This document shows, in pieces, positions 18,894 to 28,876 of a stretch of DNA of 64,000 nucleotides; the first letter of the stretch is position 1, and the number at the start of each line of letters is the position of its first letter. The notes under the pieces were generated by a model, which was not told where the DNA came from, did not search any database, and saw nothing but the letters and a program-made list of their open reading frames with translations. The position numbers and the translations under genes were made by a program. The stretch comes from a bacterium (GTDB taxonomy: Bacteria; SAR324; NAC60-12): the NCBI GenBank assembly GCA_965205865.1, contig CBDBHR010000029.1, positions 160,001-224,000 on the forward strand. The letters run 5' to 3'.

Positions 18894-20507
18894 TCAGTCT
18901 CTCAGATCCTCTAGTCTTCGGAGCCACTCCGTATTATTTACGGCAACGCGAGATTGTGCTGACGCGAAGCGGTGGGCTATGCTCTGGGCGAATTCTTGTT
19001 TCAGTTCTCCCAACCAGTCAAATCGTTTACCGCATACATCGGTGAAGATGAAACCTCCTTTTTCATCTCGCTCTGCAATGACTGGGGCTCCGTCATTTTT
19101 TGGTTTGAATTTAACCAGCTTCCATTGAGATGCTTTAATTCCAACACTGAAACGCTGAAACGTATTCTTATCTGTGCGCAGAACAAGTTGGATTATCTTC
19201 TCCTTCGGCTTGATCAACGGCAAAAGAAGGAAGGAATACTCATCATTCACCTTCAATCGTACACTGTCACATCTTGGTCTCATACAAAGAAAGTAATTTG
19301 GATCACTTGTCTCGTTCTGCTCCCGCAGGACAGTACCTAAATGTAGTATCAGACGAGGGTCATCAAAGACTGTACGGAAGCTGAACATCCAAGCCAATTT
19401 GTGATCCAGTTTGTTCTCCGGTTTGCCGTTCTTCGAAAATACGGAAGCCAATTTGTCGAAATTTTCCTTTTCCTTTTTTCTGTTTTTCAGGACACTGGGT
19501 TTCTTCTTGTCCCAACCCTCTTTTTGAAGATCAACAGCCTCGTCAAGAGACACTTGCTTGTTTTTTTCGAATATGAATTTCTTGTTCGGCCCGGCTTCTG
19601 CTTCCAGCCATTCATTGACGGCCTTCATCCCCGCCGGACTCTTCTTTGCCGTAGCATCGTCCATGATAGCGTGTAACTCGCTTGTGAGTTGATCCACCAT
19701 TTGCTGTTGTGAGTCTTCGGGAACGGGCAGACACGCCCGATGCGCGAGGAAAGCCGGGTCAAGTTCCGCATGGAATTTATCAAGGACTTTATGAACGTTC
19801 TCTCGAATGGCTGTGAGCGACGTTAAGGCGATGCTGGGAAGGAGTCCTTCGGTCATACTTGCAAAGTCTCTGATGAGTTTTTCTGGTACCTGCTCCTCCG
19901 GAACAGTCCTGTCCTTCAACCCTAATGCGAGTGATATGTCAGATTTCGCATATATTACGATACGACAATGCTGATAGCAGAGCACAACATCATGCTTATC
20001 TCTCTGAAATTTCCATTTCGATTTTTCCAATTCTTGAGCGATAGTTTGTCCGATTCCAGAGATATCCTGCTCCCCCGTGTAGATCGCGATCAAGCGGAGT
20101 TGCTCATGAGCGTTATCTTTCAGAATTTCTTTCAACATCGACATGGTCTTTCTGCCGTTGTCTACGTTCAATTGCCAGTCCAACACCACGATATCGGCCT
20201 GTTTTGCGATACGAACCACTTTGTTGTTGACCGTCGTGTCGTCGGGTCTAGGCGCAATTACGCCACAGATCAACCCATGCCTGGCGAAGGAGTCTACAAG
20301 AACCCGCGCATCAAGACTGTGACGACCTGGCAAGTCGATTCCCTCCGTTTTTTCCGTATTTCCATCCAATGTATGTCGATCTGGTGTAACAAGAGAATGG
20401 TTTGCAGGCGGTGCACCATCAATTCGCGCCTCGTCGTCCACGATAACAGCAGTTTGGAGAAAACGCTTAGCGATTTCCATACAATGTTGGCTGAAGTCAC
20501 TCACCAT
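18894..20507 (-). CDS. Atypical response-receiver-domain protein (Response_reg_2-like) with long C-terminal region
   Basis: AVIVDDEA, ADIVVLDW (putative phosphoacceptor Asp), IAIYTGE, IYAK; C-terminal LGTVL...LCMRPRCDSVRL; overlaps the upstream GHKL gene. Confidence 0.78.
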   Translation of the reverse strand: MVSDFSQHCMEIAKRFLQTAVIVDDEARIDGAPPANHSLVTPDRHTLDGNTEKTEGIDLPGRHSLDARVLVDSFARHGLICGVIAPRPDDTTVNNKVVRIAKQADIVVLDWQLNVDNGRKTMSMLKEILKDNAHEQLRLIAIYTGEQDISGIGQTIAQELEKSKWKFQRDKHDVVLCYQHCRIVIYAKSDISLALGLKDRTVPEEQVPEKLIRDFASMTEGLLPSIALTSLTAIRENVHKVLDKFHAELDPAFLAHRACLPVPEDSQQQMVDQLTSELHAIMDDATAKKSPAGMKAVNEWLEAEAGPNKKFIFEKNKQVSLDEAVDLQKEGWDKKKPSVLKNRKKEKENFDKLASVFSKNGKPENKLDHKLAWMFSFRTVFDDPRLILHLGTVLREQNETSDPNYFLCMRPRCDSVRLKVNDEYSFLLLPLIKPKEKIIQLVLRTDKNTFQRFSVGIKASQWKLVKFKPKNDGAPVIAERDEKGGFIFTDVCGKRFDWLGELKQEFAQSIAHRFASAQSRVAVNNTEWLRRLEDLRD

Positions 20508-23472
20508 TGTTTTCCTCTTCTGTATGTGTTTGAATAGGTCGGATGACGAACGTAGTCCCTTTAGCGTCCTTGTCGTCTTTGAGGGTCAAATCGTAGCCCA
20601 CCCGACGAAGCACTTCGCGGGAAATGTGTAATCCCATTCCTCGGCCCCCTGGTTTTCTTGTAAATCCGAACTCAAAGATCGTTTCACGATCCCTCGTTAC
20701 TACTCCCGGACCAGTATCGGAAACCAGAAAGATTTGGTCCCTCGCATCAAGTTCAATCTGTCGTTCCTTGGATGGGTGTTGTTGCGAAAGCCAGTAGACC
20801 GCATTATCAACGAGATTGACGAAAACCGGATAGAAGGACGAAGGATATCCCGTTATTTTTATCTTGGAGAACGACTCTGTTTGTACGAACTCGATGTGGT
20901 GACGCGTGAATCTTTCTCGAAAAAGATCGTTGAGAAATGCATGAATCTCGAAACCGCGAATATCCACGGCCTTGCGATAGAGTCTTCTGTGGAGTGGCGT
21001 AAATAGCGTCAGATACCCGTCCAAGTGGTCAAAACTGGCACGAATATTATGGTAGAGTCCTTCGAGATCTTTATTGATGTCAGCCCATGCCTTCAGTCTT
21101 CGCAGGTTATTACGAATAGAACGAACCGTGGCATTGAATTCATGATTGATGATCTCTACCGCCATGCCGAGCTGAGCCAATTGCAAGTCGGCCTCGGCTT
21201 CCTCTTCAAGTAAGACGTTTCGCTGCTCGACTGCCACGAGTTGATCAAGCGCTGATGTCTCGCCGCTCAAGTCGATCGCTTCAAGTTGTCCAAGAAGCGA
21301 TTCAAGCAAGCCGGATCTATCTTCAGCAACCTGCAGGATTCGCAATTCCAAAACGTCCCGTGTCCTCACGAAATCCTCATCTGTCAGTTCGGACACGTCA
21401 GTCCGCTGAAATTCACTGACAACAGCACGTAGCTCCGCTTCCACCTCGCCGATGCATACTCTGGCGACATCGTGAACTTCCGTGGCTATTTTGTCCGCTT
21501 TTTGCACAACTGTCGTTCCTCTGTCCCTTGTTTTATGCCTGGCCTGCTTCGCCAAATCATCCAACGTGGTTTCTACTCGCAGCCTCCGGTCAATCTCTAT
21601 GCGGGCTTTTGCGGCTTCATCCTCAACAAGGTCTTCGATTAGTTCGCGTGTCTGCCGGAATACGCTCTTCGTGAGTCTCGAGAACTCTGCGGTGTAGTCA
21701 CTCCATTCTTTCTGCATCGCTTTGTTCAAGGCTATTCTGGGACGCGTAATCCTGTAGCGGGACTCGAGCTTCTGTAGCTCCACACGAGCATGTTGCTCTA
21801 CTTGAATGATTTCCAGTGCAGCCTGTTGAGAATCAGCAATACGGCACGCACGCCCGAGTTTCTCGGAAACGTCCTGGCTCAATTGGAGTGATTCCTCTTC
21901 CGGAGCACCGGAAGACACCTGGTTGAAGAACCAATTAAGATCCTTCGCCAGTTTGTCTTTCTTCTCAGAAACCAACTTCTCCCGTCGTCGCCGGTCCAAT
22001 TCTATCTTCTCAAGCTCTGCCTTCTGTTTTTTAAATCTCTCACCGTGCACACCTTCTGTTCGGAAAAAATCCGCGGCCATTTGCAGAAAAAATTGTTTCA
22101 GGATGCTCTTAAACTGGCGATATGCCCTATTTTCTCGGAATCCTTCTCGCCCGGCTTTTTCGCTTAGATCGCGATTATTTTCATTATCAATCTCGACGAC
22201 TCCAAACATTTTTCGGTGAGAAAAGTAGTAATAAGAAGCGCCCTTTGTTCTGTTAAACTCTATATCTAGCCAGTCATAGTCCGTGTCACCATACGGCAGG
22301 ATGCGCACACCATTCCGGTAGATGTACAGACCTCCATTCTTTCCCATCTTTTGAGTCATGCGAACGTGATCTTCCGGGGGAATGGCGGAATGCAATCCTT
22401 CTCCCTCAATTGCTGCAACATTGATCGCAAAGGGGCCGCAATCCGTCCGGTTTCCTCCAGCTCCCTGCCACGGAATCACGTGACCATCATTGGCTTCGCC
22501 GTATATCGACACTTCGCCTTCGAATTGGCCATACTCGTCGAAACGCCCTCTTATTTGATGATCAGCGTTTAGAAATTCTTCAGGCGTGAAAAACTCTCCT
22601 TCGGCAATCAGGTCCTCAGCGGTCTCATCGGTTTTATGGTCTCTGAAAGCTGTTTGGATAACAGGAGGTGAATGGTCCGGTGTCATCGTGTTCGTGAAGC
22701 CCAACAGGGCCTTCGTCATCGGTGTTGCCTTGTTGAATCCCGGCTCGCCGTCTATGTCTATGGGAAGAAGATCGGAACTCGGCAAAATGATGAAGTAGGT
22801 TCCACTTCCCGTGCCACACAGCGTAGGACCGTCAAGATAAGAGTCGATGTCTTGGGGATTGACCCTGAACTGCTCGAGTTCTTCGTTAAGACGAGCGTAG
22901 AAATTATCTCCTATTACGGTTTTGAGGTGCTCATTGTTCTTGTCGAACTCCGCAACCATCTGTGACACTTCCTCCCCTGAAGGTAGTTCCCCGCCAGGAA
23001 AGGTACGAATGGAAATCCGGATATCTTCGAGATCCACTCCCGGACATTCAAAGAGGCTCCAGTTAACGAATGCTGCGGTCAAATCAGACAAAGATCCCTC
23101 GCGTCTGGCGCGAGTGAGCACGAGAACCTGGGGACCGATCGTTGCGATCGCCAGACGACCAATTCCCTTTTCGCCCAGCATGGGCCGCGATTCCTTGTTG
23201 GGATCTTTCTGTGGTGTTTCCAACCCGACGGCAGTGAGCTTGCTTTCGGTGCCGATAGTGAGCCATCGACGGACAAAGTCCTCTTCAGTCATTCCCATGC
23301 CATCGTCGCGCAATACGAACAGGCTATCGGTACGATAGTAATCGATTTCGACGTGTTCCGCATAAGCATCGTGGGCGTTCTTGAACAATTCGCTGATTGC
23401 AGTAGGAATCCCTGCAATCTGTTGCCGTCCAAGCATGTCCAGAGTTCTTGCGCGCGTCTTGAATGTCTCCAT
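20497..23472 (-). CDS. MORC/MutL-like GHKL ATPase fused via coiled coil to a histidine-kinase module
   Basis: N-terminal ELFKNAHDA, DDGMGM, GEKGIGR; H-box-like IINHEF; C-terminal NLVDNA, DTGPGV, FTRKPGGRGMGL. Confidence 0.85.
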   Translation of the reverse strand: METFKTRARTLDMLGRQQIAGIPTAISELFKNAHDAYAEHVEIDYYRTDSLFVLRDDGMGMTEEDFVRRWLTIGTESKLTAVGLETPQKDPNKESRPMLGEKGIGRLAIATIGPQVLVLTRARREGSLSDLTAAFVNWSLFECPGVDLEDIRISIRTFPGGELPSGEEVSQMVAEFDKNNEHLKTVIGDNFYARLNEELEQFRVNPQDIDSYLDGPTLCGTGSGTYFIILPSSDLLPIDIDGEPGFNKATPMTKALLGFTNTMTPDHSPPVIQTAFRDHKTDETAEDLIAEGEFFTPEEFLNADHQIRGRFDEYGQFEGEVSIYGEANDGHVIPWQGAGGNRTDCGPFAINVAAIEGEGLHSAIPPEDHVRMTQKMGKNGGLYIYRNGVRILPYGDTDYDWLDIEFNRTKGASYYYFSHRKMFGVVEIDNENNRDLSEKAGREGFRENRAYRQFKSILKQFFLQMAADFFRTEGVHGERFKKQKAELEKIELDRRRREKLVSEKKDKLAKDLNWFFNQVSSGAPEEESLQLSQDVSEKLGRACRIADSQQAALEIIQVEQHARVELQKLESRYRITRPRIALNKAMQKEWSDYTAEFSRLTKSVFRQTRELIEDLVEDEAAKARIEIDRRLRVETTLDDLAKQARHKTRDRGTTVVQKADKIATEVHDVARVCIGEVEAELRAVVSEFQRTDVSELTDEDFVRTRDVLELRILQVAEDRSGLLESLLGQLEAIDLSGETSALDQLVAVEQRNVLLEEEAEADLQLAQLGMAVEIINHEFNATVRSIRNNLRRLKAWADINKDLEGLYHNIRASFDHLDGYLTLFTPLHRRLYRKAVDIRGFEIHAFLNDLFRERFTRHHIEFVQTESFSKIKITGYPSSFYPVFVNLVDNAVYWLSQQHPSKERQIELDARDQIFLVSDTGPGVVTRDRETIFEFGFTRKPGGRGMGLHISREVLRRVGYDLTLKDDKDAKGTTFVIRPIQTHTEEENNGE

Positions 23473-23473
23473 C

Positions 23474-24535
23474 TTAAGTATATGCTCGTATTTCTTTCAG
23501 GTGTTCGGTGACGTGCTGCCCGATGATCTTTGCCAGTCTTACGGGTACGGCATTGCCGATCTGCCGAGCCATTGAGGTGAGGCTTCCCTCAAAAAGAAAA
23601 TCATGCGGGAACGTCTGCAGACACGCCGCTTCGCGTACGCTTATGGCTCTGTCCTGTTCCGGATGTCCGAAACGGCCATTGGAGTAGCTGATACATCGCG
23701 TCGTCAACCCGGAGGCGGGTCGATCCCAAGACATACGGCCGTAAACGTCACTGTACCCCGGAGTTTTCTTATGACACTCAAGTCGAAGTCGTTTCGGCCA
23801 ATCCCCGTGACCACCGCCTTCTGGCGTTGCTCGCACTCGTTCCATGTTATGTTTTGATAATCCTGCAGCACGATGATTCGGAACAGTCGCGTCTTCCTCA
23901 CCGGCGGCGATGGGTGGTAGATCTTCAATCCAATTCCTCACAGTTTCGTAGTTTAGTTTTGTTGTTTCGGGTCCGTTCGTCTCCGGTGGCAGTTCAATGG
24001 GTCCATGGAGACTTGCCAGAAGCACAAGTCGACAGCGACTCTGAGGGACGCCATACTTCATGAGTGACACTCGCTTGTATGCAACATAATAGCCGGCGTT
24101 TTTGAGGCTTTGAAGAAATCCGCCGAACGGCTGAGTGTGGTGGTTCAACTTCTGGAGACCTGGCACGTTCTCGACAAACACGATATCCGGCTTGCAAACA
24201 TTGACAAGCTTAGCGAAATAATAAAGAAGTGGCACCCGATCGTCCTCTTCTCGTGCGGGACGCATGGTATTCTGCTTTGTAAACGGCTGACATGGTGCGC
24301 ATCCGCAGAACAGAATGGGATTCGGTCTCTGAGCAGCTAGAAGCGAACTAACGTGACTGACCGATGTTTCACAGATATCCGCGAGTTCGAAGTGGACGGA
24401 AGGAAAATTTATTTGGAAAGTGCGTTGTGAGTCCGGGTCGCAATCGAGCGCGAAAACGATTTCCATCCCGGCATCACGAAATCCGCAACTCGCTCCGCCA
24501 CAACCGGAGAAAAAATCGAATACCTTGACGTTCAT
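23474..24535 (-). CDS. dcm: DNA (cytosine-5)-methyltransferase
   Basis: DFFSGCGG, APCQPF (catalytic PC), ENVPG, QSRCR, REAACLQTFP, QIGNAVP; ATG 24535 overlaps the vsr stop (ATGA). Confidence 0.95.
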   Translation of the reverse strand: MNVKVFDFFSGCGGASCGFRDAGMEIVFALDCDPDSQRTFQINFPSVHFELADICETSVSHVSSLLAAQRPNPILFCGCAPCQPFTKQNTMRPAREEDDRVPLLYYFAKLVNVCKPDIVFVENVPGLQKLNHHTQPFGGFLQSLKNAGYYVAYKRVSLMKYGVPQSRCRLVLLASLHGPIELPPETNGPETTKLNYETVRNWIEDLPPIAAGEEDATVPNHRAAGLSKHNMERVRATPEGGGHGDWPKRLRLECHKKTPGYSDVYGRMSWDRPASGLTTRCISYSNGRFGHPEQDRAISVREAACLQTFPHDFLFEGSLTSMARQIGNAVPVRLAKIIGQHVTEHLKEIRAYT

Positions 24536-24969
24536 ACTCTCACTTTCCCTTGGCAAAGATTTTCTTCGAAGAAACGACGTATTTTCCCTGCGAGCCGATT
24601 TTGGTCTCTTGTCTCGCACTCCCATATTATCATTACCCCCCAGCCAGCCTCCCGGAGAGCAGTGGTGTTTTGCTGATCACGTTCCATGTTTCGTGACAGC
24701 TTCTGTTCCCAAAAAGCGCTGTTCGTTGCGGGGCGTTTTGCTTTCGCGCAATGCCTGTGCCCGTGCCAGAAACAACCGTGTACGAAAATTACTTTCCCGT
24801 ATAGTGGGAACACCAAGTCAGGTTTGCCAGGTAGCCCCTTCCTATATAACCGGAAGCGATAACCCAGGCTGTGGGTTACTTGTCGTACCAGAAGCTCTGG
24901 CTTTGTTCCTGTCGTGCGTATGCGCGCCATGATTTCGCTACGCTTCTCACGACTGTATATATCATTCAT
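24532..24969 (-). CDS. vsr: Very short patch repair endonuclease
   Basis: RSEIMARIR..GTKPE, LPGKPD, FVHGCFWHGH, IWECE. Confidence 0.95.
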   Translation of the reverse strand: MNDIYSREKRSEIMARIRTTGTKPELLVRQVTHSLGYRFRLYRKGLPGKPDLVFPLYGKVIFVHGCFWHGHRHCAKAKRPATNSAFWEQKLSRNMERDQQNTTALREAGWGVMIIWECETRDQNRLAGKIRRFFEENLCQGKVRV

Positions 24970-25044
24970 AAGATGAACTCAATAACAATGGATCAACTCG
25001 CATAAGGTAATCACCGTCTTAAACTGCGTTTGGAAACCGATCGT

Positions 25045-27838
25045 TCATTCTTCCTTCCCGCTGCGCGTGAGGGCTTGGTCGTACCACATGAGGAGTTTGG
25101 GGTCTTCCTGGAGGATGGATTCGGGTATCTTGCGGGCTGCGGCGATGATAGTGGCGTAGTCACGTTCCTGCCAGGCTTTTTTGAACCCGGTCCGGAAGGC
25201 TTCCAAACGGAATACCTTCAGGCGTCTTTGTTTCGATGTACGGTATTGCTCGAATTCTTTCAGCAAAGCGCGTTCCCGGAGTTGCTCGAGGTCACCCGCT
25301 TTGTTCGGGTCGGGCACGTACCAGCGGTTCTTGGCCTTGACCCTGAGCGTACGGGTCGTCCTTTGTCCGGTTGCGCAACTCCTTGAAGTTCGAGGAAAGG
25401 TAGCTGTGAACCTGACTGGGCACCTGACCCATGCCGTCATAGCGCAGGAAATTCTGCTCGAGCAGTAAAGAAAGCTCCAAAATCTTTTCATGCTTTTGCC
25501 AGCCGCCGATCTCTTTGAGGAACTGTGGGTGAATGTCCTGGAAGGTCTGAGGCTTTTTAGTGAGTTGCTGCTTGAGCCATTGGATGGCTGAAGCCTCGTC
25601 GGAAACATAAAGCTGAAGTTGAAGAACCTCCTTGACCGTCATGCGCTTCTTGTCGTATTCGGCTGCTTGTTCCGGCAAGAAAAACATGCTGTCACGTGAC
25701 GGGAAACGTTGTTCCAGACCTGCATAAAATTCGGAGGCGGACAGAGGAACCATCACGCCGCGCTGGACGTGGAAGGCCACCATGCGGTCAAAGAGCAGGT
25801 AGTTCTGGCGCTCGGCAATGACCTCGACTTGACCATTGTTGGAAATAAATACGGGGAGCTGTCTCAGATGCGTGCGGACGAAATCCCAGGTACCTTCCTC
25901 AGTTCCGGCGGTAAGTTTGAAGCGGTCTTCAAGACCACCGTTGGGCTTATACGCCGAGATGATAAGGTCTTGCTTTACAGCCCCACCAGATGTGACCTGC
26001 TTAAACGTTCCAGCTTGTTTGTCAAGCGTTCGCACATCGGCAATCACCAGACCAGCGTGCTGTAAAGCTTCTTGAATGCAGTTCCAAACGCTGTTTTTTG
26101 AGTTGTGAAACTCCACGGTCATCCATCGACCGGGCTTAAGAACACGGTAATATTCTTTAAAACTATCCGTCATCAGCGCTTGGTACTGTAAAAGGCCTTT
26201 ATCTTGATGTTTTGATTCAATTGCCTCTTGATTACGTTGTGTTACGACTTGCAGCCACTCCTCCCACAGAACATTGAGCTCTGCATACGCAAGATTGCCA
26301 CCGAACGGCGGATCAGTAAATACGTAGTCGCAGCTTGCATTGGCCATGATCATGCGAGTCGTGGAATGGCATTCTATTACATTTCTTGACCGCAGTTGCT
26401 CATAAGCAGCCACAAAACGACGCAATTTATTACTGTATGCAACAAATATATTAGGTTCCGATATCTGTGAACCGACATACAGGGTGCCACTAAGTGGGTT
26501 GTATGGGAATGATACACCCGGTCTGTAACGGTTCAAGCGGGATACATTGACCAGTTGGCTCGTAAAAAGAAGCATTGTTTGGGGCCAGTCTTTGAAACGC
26601 TCTCTTAAAGCGGCCAGTATCCAAATACTGCGTCGAGTGTATAAATGATGTACATGCGTAATGCCAATGATATCGTTTCTACGGGTTTCTCCTCCCTCAA
26701 AGAGCCTATTCGTTGGCAACCAGTAAGAAAGATCGCTTTGCTCGATCGTCTCGATCAGCGCCAAGTCTTTGTTATCAGGCCTCTTCTCATACCGCTTCTT
26801 GTCTACACTATAGTTAATGAGTACTGGAATCTGCTTGGTCTGCCGAATAGTCTGGTTACTGGCCTTATCGAACTTGGTTACCCAAGCCCGGTCCATACGC
26901 CGCTTAGTAAGTGATGCATTGCAATCGGGACAAGAAAATTTTTTCGATACCCTTCCGGTCTCTTTATCAACAGCCGCTTCCCAGAAAACCACCTCGTCAG
27001 TACATTCCGGACAGACGAATACATCTGACCAAACTGTGTAGTTGATTATTCCAACACATCCATCGGAATGCCTGGTTTCATACATCCAACCGCACTCGTC
27101 CTCGACCTCCTTCAAGATGCGCTTCGCTTTACTTTCGAAGGACTTCACATCTACAGGTGAATTATAGTTGTAGGCGATAAATGTCGCGGCGGGTGAGAGG
27201 TCGTTTAGAATAGCTAGGCGCGGTCCGAACATGGAGAAGGGCATCCAGTTCATTTTCCCGTTTTCACCCGTTTCCTGCTGATAAATCGTTCCGTCCTTGC
27301 CCACAAGGTAGTCAAGAGATTCAATAATTGCCTTGTCACCACAAAATTGTGCCGCCACGCCTGTCATCCCTGTCCCGCAGAAACCGTCGAAAACCACGTC
27401 ACCTGGCTCGGTGTAATGGAGAATGTACCGCATGATGGCCTTGTGCGGCACCTTGGTGTGGTAGGAGTGGGCGTTGTAGATAGGATCATTCTTTCCTTCA
27501 CTCACATCCGACGCGAATGGTTCCCGGTGGTAGTTGTCGGTAGCCGGGTCATAGGGCTTGCCGTAGTGCTCGATGAAATCCTCGATGAAAGGATTGGGAC
27601 AAGCCGTGTAATACGGTGGATCGGACAAGGCCAGGATATCCTCGTCTTCGCCAATGGGAAATCCCTCGATCTTGCGGAACTCCGGGTCCTTGAGTTTCTC
27701 GCGAAGCTTATCCAGGAAATATTCCTGGCGCATCTCATCGTTCTGGAAGGTCATTCCGAGGCAAGTCACCGGTTCCTGCAACATGGCTTCGGCTTCTTCC
27801 GGAAATAAGGACATGTTGTCTTCATTATTTGTCGCCAT
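25045..27838 (-). pseudogene. pglXI: BREX-3 amino-type DNA methyltransferase PglXI with a +1 frameshift at ~25351 (~930 aa if repaired)
   Basis: LSDPPYYTACPNPF, HSYHTKVPH, DGFCGTGMTG, TDPPF. Removing one base at 25351 joins ...KDDP to TLRVKAKNRWYVPDPNKAGDLEQLRE...LLMWYDQALTR. Confidence 0.85.
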
Positions 27839-27907
27839 ATTTCTCCTCGCTATAGTGAGCTGACTTCAACCGAGTTTCCAGCGGTTCTCTTTGTTCCGAT
27901 CGGGTCA

Positions 27908-28684
27908 TCATCTCGCGATACTTTCAGCCAGGAATTTCGTGATCCTCTCACGATTTGGAACGAGGCTGGAAAACTGATTCTCGCAAACATCGCTGTAGCG
28001 CACCAGTACTTTTCGATTGATCGACTCCTGGTCTTCGAAGATGCCGAGAGAGTGGAACGGGATGCCCCATCTCTCAAATTGGAGCAACGTGATGGTAGCA
28101 TCGCGGGTTTTGCCGTCGTTAGGGAGGGCATGAACGAATAGAGGAGGCTGTATCCCATTGATTCGACAGTCCACGGTGTATTTTCTTTGCGGATCATGCT
28201 GAATATCATACCAGTCGAAAACCCGACGGTCGACAGGTACGGTTTCGCTAATCAAGGTCCGGAAATCCTCCATGAACGTGGAGTGCACCCGTTCCCGTGT
28301 CAGGTAAGATACGTCCGAGATTTTGAGAAGGGCCTGGACAAAGGAATAAAGCGAATCACCGTAGCGGTCGTCCGGGACGTCGAGGAGGAGCTCACCATGC
28401 CGGTCCTCTATTCGGAACGTGGACAGTGCGTTGGAGATGATCTTCTGGCGGGTACCACTATGAAGTTCCTTTTCTTCAATGTCGTAGGTGAGATGCATGT
28501 AGGTGTGCGCTTCGTCAGAAAGCATCCAGCGCTCTCCCTCTTTCTTGAGGACGATGACGAGGTGGTCACCATCCTCGAACAGGAAAGGCGTGAATACTCG
28601 GTATCTCTCCAGTCCCTCAGGCGCCAGCCGGATTTTTACTGATACCTTTTCGTGAAAGTCTTTCTCTATGGTTTCGATGGACAT
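27908..28684 (-). CDS. DUF1828-like protein
   Basis: VFTPFLFEDGDHLVI...LSDEAHT N-terminal pattern and YTVDCRING; family assigned from recall. Confidence 0.7.
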   Translation of the reverse strand: MSIETIEKDFHEKVSVKIRLAPEGLERYRVFTPFLFEDGDHLVIVLKKEGERWMLSDEAHTYMHLTYDIEEKELHSGTRQKIISNALSTFRIEDRHGELLLDVPDDRYGDSLYSFVQALLKISDVSYLTRERVHSTFMEDFRTLISETVPVDRRVFDWYDIQHDPQRKYTVDCRINGIQPPLFVHALPNDGKTRDATITLLQFERWGIPFHSLGIFEDQESINRKVLVRYSDVCENQFSSLVPNRERITKFLAESIAR

Positions 28685-28687
28685 TGC

Positions 28688-28873
28688 TTACACCTCGTCG
28701 AAAAGCCGCAATTGCAACTCAGGTGGAACATCGAGATTCGCGTCCTCGATCAGACAGCATAAGGCCCCGTGAAAACTGTCGTAGCGGACGGTTGGCTCGG
28801 CGTATGCGTCCTCTCGTGTTCTGAACTCCTGATACCGTTCTTTGGCCCTGTGATTCGAATAGGTTTTCGCCAT
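28688..28873 (-). pseudogene. Probable internally deleted remnant of the small partner gene usually found upstream of DUF1828 genes
   Basis: 61 aa, spaced 3 nt from both neighbours. ERYQE...EDAYAEPT.RY...GAL.CLIEDAN resembles only the C-terminal part of such partners (from recall). Confidence 0.5.
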
Positions 28874-28876
28874 GGG

